From: Eledone cirrhosa | Lineage: Eukaryota | Direction of reading: 5' to 3' | Assembly (NCBI GenBank): GCA_964016885.1 | Contig: CAXHJY010000309.1 | Location: 1-64,000 of the forward strand | DNA length: 64,000 nucleotides | Shown here: one piece after another, positions 1 through 12,782 of the stretch | Layout of the letters: each line of letters starts with the position of its first letter | Position numbering within the stretch: the stretch's first letter is position 1 | Notes under the pieces: generated by a model | What the model was told of the DNA's origin: nothing | Databases searched by the model: none | Seen by the model: only the letters and a program-made list of their open reading frames with translations | Program-made: the position numbers and the translations under genes

Positions 1-401
1 CATATATACACATTTATATATACACACACACACACGCACACACACACGCATATATATATATATATATATATATACAATACATGAATATAGGTACACGTAT
101 ATTTGTAGAGAAACAAAATGAATTCTGGTGATAGATAAGTCAATTCACAAATATACAAAGCTCGACGCAAGCTTACAAATATACTCATGTCTATATAGTA
201 TTGTATTTGGGGCTTTGCGCATGTGCAACTCTTTGACGTTGTGCATCTGTTATATATATATATATATATACATATATATGCACACACATATATATTTGTG
301 TGTTTGTGAGTTCATGTATATATATATATATATATATAAATATATATGTAAGAATCTCTGAATGTATGTATTTCATATATTTATATATATATATATATAT
401 A

Positions 402-679
402 CGATATTAAATAAATGGAAACTATATTTATAAAACCATATTTATTTCATTATATATATTTCAGGGATATCATATTAACAATATGCTATGCCTTCCTCAG
501 ACAAAATACAATATAAACAGTTTTATAGATAAATAGATTTGACATACCGTACAATATGGTTTTATAAATATAGTTTCCATTTATTTAATATCGTAAATAT
601 ACTCCAAATACTTGTCGAGTGCTTTTATATCAGTTATAAATATTTACTAGTTGTAACCCAACAATTTAAATATAACTTT

Positions 680-682
<3 letters not shown>
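402..682. mobile_element. Short AT-rich ribozyme-bearing element, family A (putative Penelope-like pLTR remnant), rearranged copy
   Basis: Shares gatattaaa..aaatggaaactatatttataaaaccata and ttgtaacccaacaattt with 5845-6287, 12886-13140 and 62843-63483; flanked by (TA)n on both sides; partial internal inverted duplication. Confidence 0.7.
443..508 (-). ncRNA. Minimal type I hammerhead ribozyme motif (family A)
   Basis: Minus strand: tattttgt-CTGAGGA-aggcatagcatattgttaatatgatatccct-GAAA-tatata-TA-atgaaata; stem I and II pair imperfectly; palindromic stem III hexamer. Confidence 0.65.
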
Positions 683-727
<45 letters not shown>

Positions 728-1310
728 ATGTGTGTGTGTGTGTCAGCAATTATGGGGGCGAGCAAGATAGATCCTGGCGTGTGGGGCAACATAACTGAAG
801 ATGAGAATTTAATGATTATGGGATGAGATTGTGTGTGTATGTGTGTGCGTGTGTGTGTGTCTGTGTGTGTGTGTGCCAGAAATGGCGGTGGCGGAGTTTT
901 CATACACTTTAATTAACACTCGTGTCACTCCCTCGTTAATTACCATTAATTATCTTCGTAAACAAAGAAACAATAGTTCTATGAAACGATTATGAAAATG
1001 GCGAACGCTGACCGTACGCCGGCTTGTTGTTGCAAGCTGCAAGAACGCGGCGTTGTCTGTTATTAAAATACTCGAATAAACTCGGTCGTATGTGACCCAC
1101 GAGTCGGCAAATTGTGGAGAGTTGCCTGTGGGAATCGAACTAGCATCTACCCTAAACCACACGGTTGCCTTACCTTTCTGTCTATATTTCTTTCCTCCAG
1201 CAATACCTTTGTTTGTTTATGATTCTCTTATCCATCCTGTTGACTCCTGCGTATAATTTACACAGGTACAGATACTGTGCCCCGGGGTTTTTGGGGGTTT
1301 TTTTTTATAG

Positions 1311-1437
1311 GATAGATCGACTTTCGTGAGATAGGACCGAGGAAACAATGTTTCCGTTGGTCTTTCCAATTGATAATACTATCTATCGGTTGCAACTCCA
1401 GATAGAAGGTGCAATGTGAAATAAAGTGTCTTGCTCA
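1311..1437 (-). mobile_element. 5'-truncated tRNA-derived CORE-like SINE (family 1)
   Basis: Reverse complement matches ttgagcaagacactttatttcac...ggaaacattgtttcctcgg of the copies at 11906 and 45278. Confidence 0.8.
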
Positions 1438-2047
1438 ACCTGATCCAGACAAAAGCACTGGCTCAAGTGCTGGTCTCGGCGTTCATGTACCTGATCCATA
1501 CAACACTGGCTCAAGTGCTGGTCTCGGCGTTCATGTACCTGATCCATACAACACTGGCTCAAGTGTTGGTCTCGGCGTTCATGTACCTGATCCATACAAC
1601 ACTGGCTCAAGTGCTGGTCTCCGCGTTCATGTATCTGATCCAGACAAAAGCACTGGCTCAAGTGCTGGTCTCCGCGTTCATGTACCTGATCCATACAACA
1701 CTGGCTCAAATGGTGGTCTCGGCGTTCATGTACCTAATCCATACAACACTGGCTCAAGTGCTGGTCTCGGCGTTCATGTACCTGATCCATACAACAGTGG
1801 CTCAAGTTCTTGTCTCGGCGTTCATGTACCTGATCCATACAACACTGGCTCAAGTGCTGGTCTCGGCGTTCATGTACCTGATCCATACAACACTGGCTCA
1901 AGTGCTGGTCTCGGCGTTCATGTACCTGATCCATACAACACTGGCTCAAGTGCTGGTCTCGGCGTTCATGTACCTGATCCATACAACACTGGCTCAAGTT
2001 CTTGTCTCGGCGTTCATATACCTGATCCATACAACAGTGGCTCAAGT
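1438..2047 (+). repeat. 48-bp tandem minisatellite, about 12-13 copies (two 51-bp variants)
   Basis: Unit cctgatccatacaacactggctcaagtgctggtctcggcgttcatgta; 16-aa periodicity in the ORF track. Confidence 0.95.
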
Positions 2048-2293
2048 GACTGTGTCTATGACCAGTGTATATAGATCACAGACACCCACATATATATATA
2101 TGTATATACATACACATATATATACATATAAATATATATATATTAACACACACACACACACATATACACACACGCACACGTATATGTATGTGTGTATATA
2201 TATATATACTGTATATGTATATACTGTATATGTATATACTGCATATGTATATACTGCATATGTATATACTGCATATATATGTATATACTGTAC

Positions 2294-2346
<53 letters not shown>

Positions 2347-2378
2347 TGTAGATATATAGATATGTATAAATATACTGT

Positions 2379-2417
<39 letters not shown>

Positions 2418-2786
2418 ATTATATTGTATATATATATATGTATGATTATATTGTATATATATATATATATATATGTGTATATATATATATATAAATATAC
2501 TGTATTTGTGTGTATGTATATACAGTATATATAGCTATCTATATATACATACATTATATATATACACATATACGCATATATATATACGTATATATATATA
2601 TATATATATGTGTGTGTTATGTGTGTGTGTTATGTGTGTGTGTGTGTGTTATATGTGTGCGTGTGTTATGTGTGTGTGTGTGTTATATATATATGTGTGT
2701 GTGTGTTATATGTGTGTGTGTGTGTGTGTTATATATATATACATGTTTGTGTGTGTTATGTGTGCGTGTTATATATATGTGTATGT

Positions 2787-2817
<31 letters not shown>

Positions 2818-3139
2818 TATATATATATATATATATTATGTTTGTGTGTGTTATATATATATATGTTTGTGTGTTATATATATATGTGTGTTATGTGTGC
2901 GTGTTATATATATGTGTATGTTATATATATATATGTGTGTGTGTGTGTGTTATATATATATATATATATGTTTGTGTGTGTGTTATATATATATGTGTGT
3001 TATGTGTGCGTGTTATATATATGTGTGTTATATATATATGTGTGTGTGTGTGTGTGACCATATGCATATACATGCATCTATATTTACATTCATATATACA
3101 CACACACACATGATTAATTTTTATGGTTGAATCACCAGG

Positions 3140-4290
3140 ATCTACATCATCATCATCGCCCCCCCCCCCCACACCCACCACCACCACCATCACCATCATC
3201 ATCATCTTTATTACCATTCTTATCGCCGTCATCATCATCATTATCATCTACAACATCCACATACCTCATCCTTGTCATTATTACAACCATCGCCATCATC
3301 ATCATCATCATCACCACCACCATCGCCGCCATCATCATCATCGCCATCGCCATCTTTGTCATCGTCATTGTCGTCATCATCGACTATAATATCCGACCAC
3401 TCCTCCAGTCTAACTTGTCACCACTTCCGCTACTTCCACCACATCCGGTACTTCCGTCTTACTAATATTCGCGTTGCCGCCGCCGCCGCCGCCACAGAAT
3501 TTACCTTCACGATCATCATCATCATCAATACCACTACTATCACCATCATCAACAAGACCACCATCAACAACACTATCGCCGCAACCAACACCACCACCAC
3601 CACCACCACCACCGACAGCAGTATCACCACGCCATTAACACAACCAACAACACCACCACTACCACTACCACCACCAACACCACCAACACCACCACCACCA
3701 CCGACAGCAGTATCACCACACCATTAATACAACCAACAACACCACCACTACCACCACCAACACCACCACCACCACCGACAGCAGTATCACCACACCATTA
3801 ATACAACCAACAACAACAACACCTCCACCACCAACTCCAACACCTCCACCACCAACTCCACGACCACTACCACCATAACACCACCACTACCACCACCACT
3901 ACCACCTCTTCCACGACGACCACCACCACCACCACTACCACCACCACTGACAGCAGTATCACCACACCATTAACACAACCAACAACACCAACAACACTCT
4001 CGCCGCAACCAAAACCACCACCACCAACTCCACCACCACGACAACTGCCACCATAACACCACCACTACCACAACCACCACCACCACTACCACAACACCAT
4101 TAACACCACCACCACCACCAACACCACCGCCTTCCACTAAAATCACTACCAATAACATTACCACAACCGACGCCAAAACCACATCAACACACCCACCACC
4201 ACCATCAATAACACCACCACCATCAACACCATCACCACTATCACTACAACCAACAGCACTACCACAAATACCACCACCACCAACACAGCC
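3140..4290. repeat. Degenerate (CAT)n/(ACC)n trinucleotide block
   Basis: Direct inspection; includes repeated gacagcagtatcaccacaccatta sub-unit. Confidence 0.9.
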
Positions 4291-4400
4291 ATGCTATAAT
4301 GTCCAAAAACTGTGTGTCTCAAAAACGTAGTTACATATTCCGCTAGAAATAGCAACCAAATCCGCTTCAAAGTATATATATATGTGTGTGTGTGTGTGTT

Positions 4401-4431
<31 letters not shown>

Positions 4432-4736
4432 TTTTGTGTTTATCTATATACATGTCTATATATGAATATATATATTTATCAATAAGTAAATTATTTATAA
4501 ATTTATTGAATGATAAATTCATGAATCGCAAATTGAAAATATTTGACGCCATTTTGAATTGGCATAAATTGTATATATATACATACATACGCACACACAC
4601 AGACACACACACACACACACATACATACATACATACACAGACACACATACATATACACACACATACATACATAATACACACACAAACACACACATACATA
4701 CATACATACATACATACATACATACATACATACATG

Positions 4737-4773
<37 letters not shown>

Positions 4774-5451
4774 CCCCCCACGTCTATGTCCCGCGAGCTT
4801 ATGTCTCACCTTATTGCCGAAATATGAGACAACGGACGGAGGAAGAAGGATTTGGAAATTGCAGGAAGGGTAGAACGGATGGAAAAAAATGGAAAATTGG
4901 AACTTAGAAATGCTTTCCGCCATTTTAAACGTCTTCGCTTTCCTTGTCTTTATTTCTCATCCATCATTATTTTTCATCCATCTCATTAAAAACTAATTTC
5001 ATCTTCGCTGGCGACCAACACCCGAAATTCCCAAGCCCCATTCCAACTCCCATCCCCCACCCTGTACACTCACAGATCTCTATCCTTCACACAATATTTA
5101 CACCCACTCAATTTCATTCCGCTCCACCCCCTCCTCAGCCATCTATATTTCACCAATATCATCCCCATCAACCTTCACCTAACGTAAATGAAATGACACT
5201 AATATCTTTGTACGAGTTAATATTCAAATTAATATATACACACATGCACACATAAATAAGCACACATACATACATATATGCACACACATATATATATACA
5301 TATATACACATATATACATACACATACATATCTCGATCAAAAAGAATCTCAATACACACACATTTCTCTACCCACAACAACAAAAAAAAGCTGGAATTTG
5401 GTGGCTGGAAATTGCTGCAGGCCTTACTATATATATATATATATATGACAT

Positions 5452-5690
5452 AGATGAGACAGGGGTTAGCTGGACATGCTCACCGACATCCAGAGTTGAC
5501 ACTGCACTCAATGCTCCTGTGGGAGCCCCTACATGGACACACTGGAAAAGGAAGACCAAGGTTAACATATGTTGATGCCCTAAGGACAGACACTGGTCTG
5601 CTGGAAACGCAGGACATGGCAGCGATAATGAGGGACAGAGACCGCTGGAGAGAACTCGTCCATGGATCTCGGGAATTTTACCCGCCCTAG
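5452..5690 (+). mobile_element. 3'-terminal fragment of RTE-clade LINE
   Basis: Translation [43 protein letters not shown] resembles RTE ORF C-terminus; near-identical copy at 58297-58455 (-). Confidence 0.8.
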
Positions 5691-5805
5691 ATATATATAT
5701 ATATATATATTTATTAAAATACCAGATTAAGGTTTAAGCGAAGAATCTGTGCTTTCATCCTTAACGGGATGATATGAAACTAATAAAGTCAATCTGTCAA
5801 TTTAT

Positions 5806-5845
<40 letters not shown>

Positions 5846-5885
5846 GATATTAAACAAATGGAAACTATATTTATAAAACCATATC

Positions 5886-5951
5886 TATTTCATTATACAT
5901 ATTTCAGGGATACCATATTAAAAATATGACATGCCTTCTTCAGATAAAATA
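5886..5951 (-). ncRNA. Minimal type I hammerhead ribozyme motif (family A)
   Basis: Minus strand: tattttat-CTGAAGA-aggcatgtcatatttttaatatggtatccct-GAAA-tatgta-TA-atgaaata. Confidence 0.7.
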
Positions 5952-6091
5952 CAATATATAAGCAGTTTTATAAATAAATTTGACGTACCATAAATATTGA
6001 TCATAAATATTGATCAACTTCCACTTCGCACGTGGAAGTTGATCAATATTTATGGTACGTCAAATTTATTTATAAAACTGCTTATATATTG

Positions 6092-6156
6092 TATTTTATC
6101 TGAAGAGGCATGCCATATTTTTAATATGGTATCCCTGAAATATGTATAATGAAATA
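6092..6156 (+). ncRNA. Minimal type I hammerhead ribozyme motif (family A)
   Basis: tattttat-CTGAAGA-ggcatgccatatttttaatatggtatccct-GAAA-tatgta-TA-atgaaata. Confidence 0.7.
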
Positions 6157-6474
6157 GATATGGTTTTATAAATATAGTTTCCATTTGTTTAATATCGTAT
6201 ATCTACTCCAAAACTTGTTGAGTGCTTTATATCAGTTATAAAATATTTACTTGTTGTAACCCAACAATTTTAAATAAAACTTTTGCATATATATATGTTT
6301 ATATTGTTATACTTGGGTGGGGTCATATTGTTGTAATAATTTGTAATAATATTGACAGAAATAACAACAGATATATATATATATTATAATGAATAATGCC
6401 GTACATACATTTGAGCTTTTATATATATGGGTTTCAACCCAGAGAGCAGAGAGCCTAAACAAGGCATTCTAGCT

Positions 6475-6840
6475 GAGGTTTCACCATCTTCCCGTTCAGC
6501 GGTGGCAAACCCCTCGTCTGGGATGCCACTTGCAGCGACACTTTCTCCAGCCGCAACCTAGTGCAGTCTGCAACTAACCAGGTTCTGCTGCACGTCGAGC
6601 TGAGGAGGCCAAACTCTCCAAACACCGCTCGCTCCCCGACAGGCGTGCGGTCGTGCCCTTGGCAGTGGAGAATTCTGGTGTCCTTGGCCCTAGGGTTACC
6701 TCGCTCCTACCCACCACCATAGGCGCTGAGCTAGCCAGCTGCATGTGTGAGCCTCGCGAGTTTGAATGGTCTCGTCCAGCGCATCTCCCTTACCATCCTC
6801 CGGGGAAACGCCTTTCTCCGTCCTGTCCGCCGGGGCTGTA
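6475..6840 (+). pseudogene. Frameshifted C-terminal restriction-like endonuclease region of a CRE-like non-LTR retrotransposon
   Basis: Joined frames give GFTIFPFSGGKPLVWDATCSDTF..GSAARRAEEAKLSKH..PLAVENSGVLGP..LVQRISLTILRGNAF, matching CRE/RLE-type motifs (GK.L.WD.TC.DT, AE..K..KY, P.AVET.G, QR.S.AI.RGNA). Confidence 0.8.
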
Positions 6841-7283
6841 GGGGAGGCCAGCCCGTGGACCCCATTTGCTCACCATACGCATTATCTCCCTTACCATCCT
6901 CCGAGGAAACGCCTTCTCCATCCTCTCCGCCGGGGCTGTGGGAGGCCAGCCCGTGGGACCCCATTTGCTCACCATACGCATTATCTCCCTTACCATCCTC
7001 CGAGGAAACGCCTTCTCCATCCTCTCCGCGGGGCTGTGGGGAGGCCAGCCCGTGGGACCCCATTTGCTCACCATACGCATTATCTCCCTTACCATCCTCC
7101 GGGGAAACGCCTTCTCCAACCTGTCCGCCGGGGCTGTAGGGGAGGCCAGCCCGTGGGACCCCATTTGCTCACCATACGCATTATCTCCCTTACCATCCTC
7201 CGGGGAAACGCCTTCTCCAACCTGTCCGCCGGGGCTGTGGGGGAGGCCAGCCCGTGGGACCCCATTTGCTCACCATACGCATT
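6780..7283 (+). repeat. About 100-bp tandem array (about 5 copies) derived from the 3' end of the CRE-like element
   Basis: Unit cgcattatctcccttaccatcctccggggaaacgcc...ggaggccagcccgtgggaccccatttgctcaccata recurs at about 6878, 6977, 7076, 7177 and 7278. Confidence 0.92.
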
Positions 7284-7597
7284 AATAGCAATACAATTTA
7301 CAATAAACTATTATAAATAAACCTACTTTCATTAATATTTATGTTAATGGCCGCCTTGAAATAAACAGAATGGAATAATTAAAATATATATGAATAAATA
7401 CACAGAATTGTGGGCCAGCGCTACTACTAATACCACCACCACTACAACAACCATTTACCACCACCATACCACTGCCTTTACCACCATACGCCGCCCCTAC
7501 ATACACATCTAGGACTGTCCGGTTAAACGTGAGGACAATCACCATGATCATAATCGCAAAATAGTGTTTATAATGATTCCAATATATATATATATAT

Positions 7598-7644
<47 letters not shown>

Positions 7645-7783
7645 CGCATGGTGTGTATATATATGTATATATATACATATATATTAGTGGCGTGGTGGAG
7701 TGGTTTTCAGTGGACGAGTATCATGGCTATTAACTCCCTCCTTCCTTTTCGAACCGATCATTTTTGTTATAAAATAAATATTC

Positions 7784-7837
<54 letters not shown>

Positions 7838-8035
7838 AATGTATATATTTATATACATTTATATATATATATATATGTATTTATATATGTATATTTATAT
7901 ATATATATATACATGTATATATGTATATATGTGTGTGTATGTGTTTATATCTTTATATATATATATGTATAACGTGTTTGTATATATCTGTTTATAGACA
8001 TATATATATATATGTATATATGTATATATATATAT

Positions 8036-8066
<31 letters not shown>

Positions 8067-8176
8067 CATACATATATATGTTGATATTTATTTATATATA
8101 TGTATATATATATATGGTTATATTGATATATATTTACATATATTTATATATATATATATGTTTATATATATATATG

Positions 8177-8230
<54 letters not shown>

Positions 8231-8553
8231 GGCGAGGACATCTATTTTTTTTTCCGTTTTCCCGCCTTCCTCCGTCTCTCCTCGCCTTCCCCCGTCTCTC
8301 CCTGCCGACCTGTTATTAATTTTATCAAATATATATTTATTGTACGACACCTCCCCGCCTCTTAACTCTCGTACTTTCATCATCATATCCCTATAATTGT
8401 CTTGTCTTAGTTATTATTATCCATAAGTCCTGTAATTCCAAAAATATGAACTCCCCCTCCGAACCGAAACGAAACACAAAGCGCTCCACAGACATACACA
8501 AACAATCTCTACAAACCCAGAACCCACACTCTGTGTATGTGTGTGTATATATA

Positions 8554-8617
<64 letters not shown>

Positions 8618-8645
8618 TATATATATTTAATAGCCATTATACATA

Positions 8646-8677
<32 letters not shown>

Positions 8678-9185
8678 CACATATATACATATATGTATAT
8701 ATATAAATGTATGTATGTCTATATATGTATATATATGTATATATATTCATACATATATACGTATGTATATGTATATATATTCATATATATATACGTATGT
8801 ATATGTATATATATTCATATATATATGTATGTATATATATGTATATATATTCATATATATATATATGTATATGTATATATATTCATATATATATGTATGT
8901 ATATATATGTATATATATTCATATATATATATATATTCATACATATATATACGTATGTATATGTATATATATTCATACATATATATTCGTATGTATATAT
9001 ATTCATATATATATGTATGTACATATATATATATATATGTATGTACATATATATATATATGTATGTATATATATATATATGTATATATATATGTATATAT
9101 ATAGAATGAGAGAGATAATCATTTAATCTTGTAAACATCATCTCCTTATCATCATCTATAGACGCACACGTATATATATATATAC

Positions 9186-9232
<47 letters not shown>

Positions 9233-9759
9233 CATATATATATATACATATATACAAACAAACACATATATACAAACAAAAACATGTTTTACTATAAATG
9301 GCTACCGCCGTGCGGTGGTTCTTCCTTTTCACAATACCGCCACGGCAAGCATCCCTACCCCACCCACCACACCACACCACAGCACCATCCACCTCCTCCC
9401 GCAGTAGCACCAACCACCCCTCCATCCCCACCACCCCCCGGGACCAACACTCTAATGAGATGACAATTTGAAACTAAGTAGAAATAAATTGTGGGGTTCG
9501 ATATAATAATTTTTTGGGGAGGTCTGTAAAGGGAGATTGCTAGTGGATTTGATGATGGAGTGGGGACAGACGGACACACGACTCTCCTTTAATCTCTTCC
9601 TGTCTTTTCTTCATTCTTTCTTTCGTTTTTCTTATTGTTGTTGATGATTCTGTTAATTTGTTTTGGGTTTTTTATATATATATATTTGTATTTTTTTTTT
9701 TTTTAGGGGGCTTTTTGGTGGGGGTATATTTTGTATCGTCTGTCTTTTGTTTTGGTTGG

Positions 9760-10500
9760 TTCTCGTTGTTGTTTTTGTTGGAGTTTGTGTGGTTAATGTT
9801 GTGGTTTGTGAAATAGTTGCTGTTATGGTTTATGTTCTTGTTGTTGTGGTTTATGTGGTTGTTGTGGTTTGTGTGGTTGTTGTTGTGGTTCGTATGGCTA
9901 TTATTGTGGTGAAGGTTGCAGTTGATATTACAGTGGTGGTGGTTGTAGTAGTGGTGGTGACTGTAGTTAATATTGTGGTGGTGGTAGTTGTACTCGTAGT
10001 GGTGACTGTAGTTGATATTGTGGTGGTGGTAGTTGTACTGGTGGTGGTGGTGGTGGTTGTAGTGGTGGCTGTAGTTGATATTCTGGTGGTGGTAGTCGTA
10101 GTGGTGATGGTTGTAGTGGTGGTGACTGTAGTTGATATTGTGGTGGTGGTAGTTGTACTGGTGGTGGTGGTGATTGTAGTGGTGGTGGCTGTAGTTGATA
10201 TTGTGGCGGTGGTAGTTGTACTCGTGGTGGTGGTGGTGGTTGTAGTGGTGGTGAGTGTAGTTGATATTGTGGTGATGGTAGTTGTACTGGTGGTGGTGGT
10301 TGTAGTAGTGGTGGCTGTAGTTGATATTGTGGTGATGATGGTGGTATTCGATATGATGGTGGTGGTTGTAGTTGTGTGGTCGTAATTATTGTTGTCGTAA
10401 GAATTGTTGTTTTGTGGTAAATGTTGTGGTTTGTGGTGGCTGTTAGTATTGCAGTGGTGGCTGTAGTAGGTATAGTGGTGGTGGTCGTTTTGGCCATGGT
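9760..10500. repeat. (GGT/GTT)n block with about 60-bp higher-order unit
   Basis: gtagttgatattgtggtggtggtagttgtact recurs about every 60-63 bp. Confidence 0.85.
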
Positions 10501-10754
10501 TGCTGTGGTTGTATTTATAGTACCTAGTTGTGCTATTTCCTGAATGTTCTATATATATATATATATAATATATAGCGAGGGAAAAGAATGACTTCTGGCA
10601 GGTTTGGCTACCTCCCCCACCAACTTGCCATCGCCGAATTACTACTACCTTGTGGGATGACCAATCCTTGTGATTATCTCTTTGACCATATATGGAATTG
10701 CCCCTTGACAAGTTCGGCTATTTAAATACCAGTACTGATTTTTCATTCAGTACA

Positions 10755-11010
10755 GAATTAGCCGTCGAAACGGCTTGAGCTCAGCCGTCGGGGTCTTACT
10801 TACTCCTATATAATATATATAGGAACGAGTAGGACCCCGAAGGCTGAGCTCAAGCCGTTTCGACGGCTAATTCTGGACTGAATTAGCCGTCGAAACGGCT
10901 TGAGCTCAGCCGTCGGGGTCCTACTCGTTCCTATTACCCACTCTACTACCCTAAGTATTGTGTACTTTGGTGCGTTATGGTCCACCTGGTTCCTTACCAC
11001 ATTTCCTTCG
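10755..11010. mobile_element. Family E element: three alternating-orientation copies of a hammerhead-like 3' half
   Basis: gaattagccgtc-GAAA-cggcttgagctcagccg-TC-ggggtc in +/-/+ orientation; related copies at about 19975-20005, 46765-46810 (-) and 63940-64000. Confidence 0.65.
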
Positions 11011-11051
<41 letters not shown>

Positions 11052-11176
11052 TATTCACAGTAAGTTGTGGGGTCTATTCTGCATGAAGAACTCAATGTAA
11101 TCCATATGTTGAAAATGTTGTGGGTTAAGATAAATCCCGGAAAACAATAAAACATTAAAAGGAAAACAGAGTCATG

Positions 11177-11406
11177 ATATAAGTTAAAACAATGAAATAA
11201 AACATCAAGTCATTAGAGATATACTTCACTGCTTTATGATCGTTTCTAGGTGATGGTAATACATTGTAGCTATACTTCGTTATTGATCTATGTAAGGTTA
11301 GTTACAAAATATCAGATAAAGAGAGTATTTATTTACATGCATATCACCAGCTGTTTTCAAAAGCACTCTAATGACTTGATTTTTTATTTCATTGTTTTAA
11401 CTTATA
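11177..11406. repeat. Segment bounded by about 41-bp inverted repeats
   Basis: tataagttaaaacaatgaaataaaacatcaagtcattagag versus ctctaatgacttgattttttatttcattgttttaacttata. Confidence 0.8.
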
Positions 11407-11615
11407 TATAATTGGTGTTGGATGATTAAAGCGTCCGTATGCGGTAGGCCGTGTGAGCAATCGAGCTTCTTAGAATCAAGACCTATCTGAGGACCTTGCA
11501 ATTTTCAGAGTCAGGTTCGATCATCACATCGATCGTGTCTCGAGCCAGAGAAACGATTGTAATATGTCCACTAAATTCCATTCGTCGCAACACTTATTCA
11601 CTTTTTTCTGTGATA

Positions 11616-11651
<36 letters not shown>

Positions 11652-11905
11652 TGTATGTATGTATGTATGTATGTATGTATGTATGTATGTATCTTTTCGG
11701 GTTATAGCTACTGTCGCTCAGAGAGTGGATTGGCTCAGTGCACAGTCTTTCCTCATTTAAAAAAATATCTTCATGCACAGGCATTGCATAATAGAATTAA
11801 TTAATAATTATTAATAATGGTATATCGTGCAATGGGCATACTCGATAACGAGGGGGCAGCCATCATGTATGTATGTATGTATGTATGTATGTATGTATGT
11901 ATGTA

Positions 11906-12111
11906 TGACTGAGTGGTAAGAGAATTGGATTCGCAATCGTGAGGTTGTGAGTTCGATTCCCGGACCGGGTGATGCGTTATGTCCTTGAGCAAGACACTTT
12001 ATTTCACGTTGCTCCTTCTACCTGGAGTTGCGACCGATAGATAGTATCAGCAACTCGAAAGACCAACGGAAACATTGTTTCCTCGTTCAAATTTGACGAA
12101 CGTCGATCGAC
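11906..12111 (+). mobile_element. tRNA-derived CORE-like SINE (family 1; cf. octopus OR2)
   Basis: A-box-like tgactgagtggt, B-box gagttcgattccc, CORE-like gtccttgagcaagacacttt; homologous to 45278-45499. Confidence 0.8.
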
Positions 12112-12123
12112 TTTATATAGTTT

Positions 12124-12155
<32 letters not shown>

Positions 12156-12655
12156 GAAAGATTTGAATGGATACAGTTTAGTTGAAAGGAATTTATTGAC
12201 ACGTGTTTCTATAACAGTTACATAACCTAAAACAGCTATCTACAAACTTTTAGTTATGCAGACATTCAATATTTCAATGTTATTGTTTACTGTCATTTCA
12301 TCAGAATAATATTACTGAGGACCTATTTAGTTTTTATAGAGAATATTAGGAGGAAGGGGTGAAGTTGTTAGAAGAATAGTTGAAGGAGTGGTTTTTCGAT
12401 AGCAGTGAGAATTCTTGGTGGCAGTGATTAATTAGATTCCCATCTGTTGTTTTGACATTTTTTATAGAATATATTATTGGTTATTTTTCTAAATCTATAG
12501 AAGGATTAGAGATAGTAAAGATATGCGTGGTTGGTTTTGTGTTTGCACTTAACATTCAGACTTAAATTTTTCTTTCAAGTGTACGTATTCTTTCACCCAC
12601 GCATTCACACACAAATATATTTGCACACCTCTACAAAATACATATACTCACAATA

Positions 12656-12718
12656 TAGTGTTAAGTACAGTTAGAAAGAAAGACCGAGAGAAGGAATAAA
12701 TGTATGTAAAGAAAATAT

Positions 12719-12782
<64 letters not shown>

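Larger units (their letters stand above)
5845..6287. mobile_element. Family A element as fold-back inverted pair
   Basis: About 5845-6026 is the reverse complement of about 6032-6200; centre aacttccacttcgcacgtggaagtt; flanked by (TA)n. Confidence 0.85.

Noticed and set aside
9663-10711. Thr-rich mucin-like and Val-rich ORFs (also 25143-25922, 3272-3727 and 48260-48871)
   Set aside because: Trinucleotide low-complexity DNA open in several frames on both strands; no signal peptide, domain or splice evidence
11906-11965. tRNA gene (also 45278-45350)
   Set aside because: A/B boxes continue into a SINE body with multiple copies and a TSD; no convincing cloverleaf
12260-12600. Possible Penelope GIY-YIG coding remnant next to a degenerate hammerhead
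   Set aside because: No recognisable motif by eye; no Penelope RT or endonuclease ORF was identified anywhere in the window
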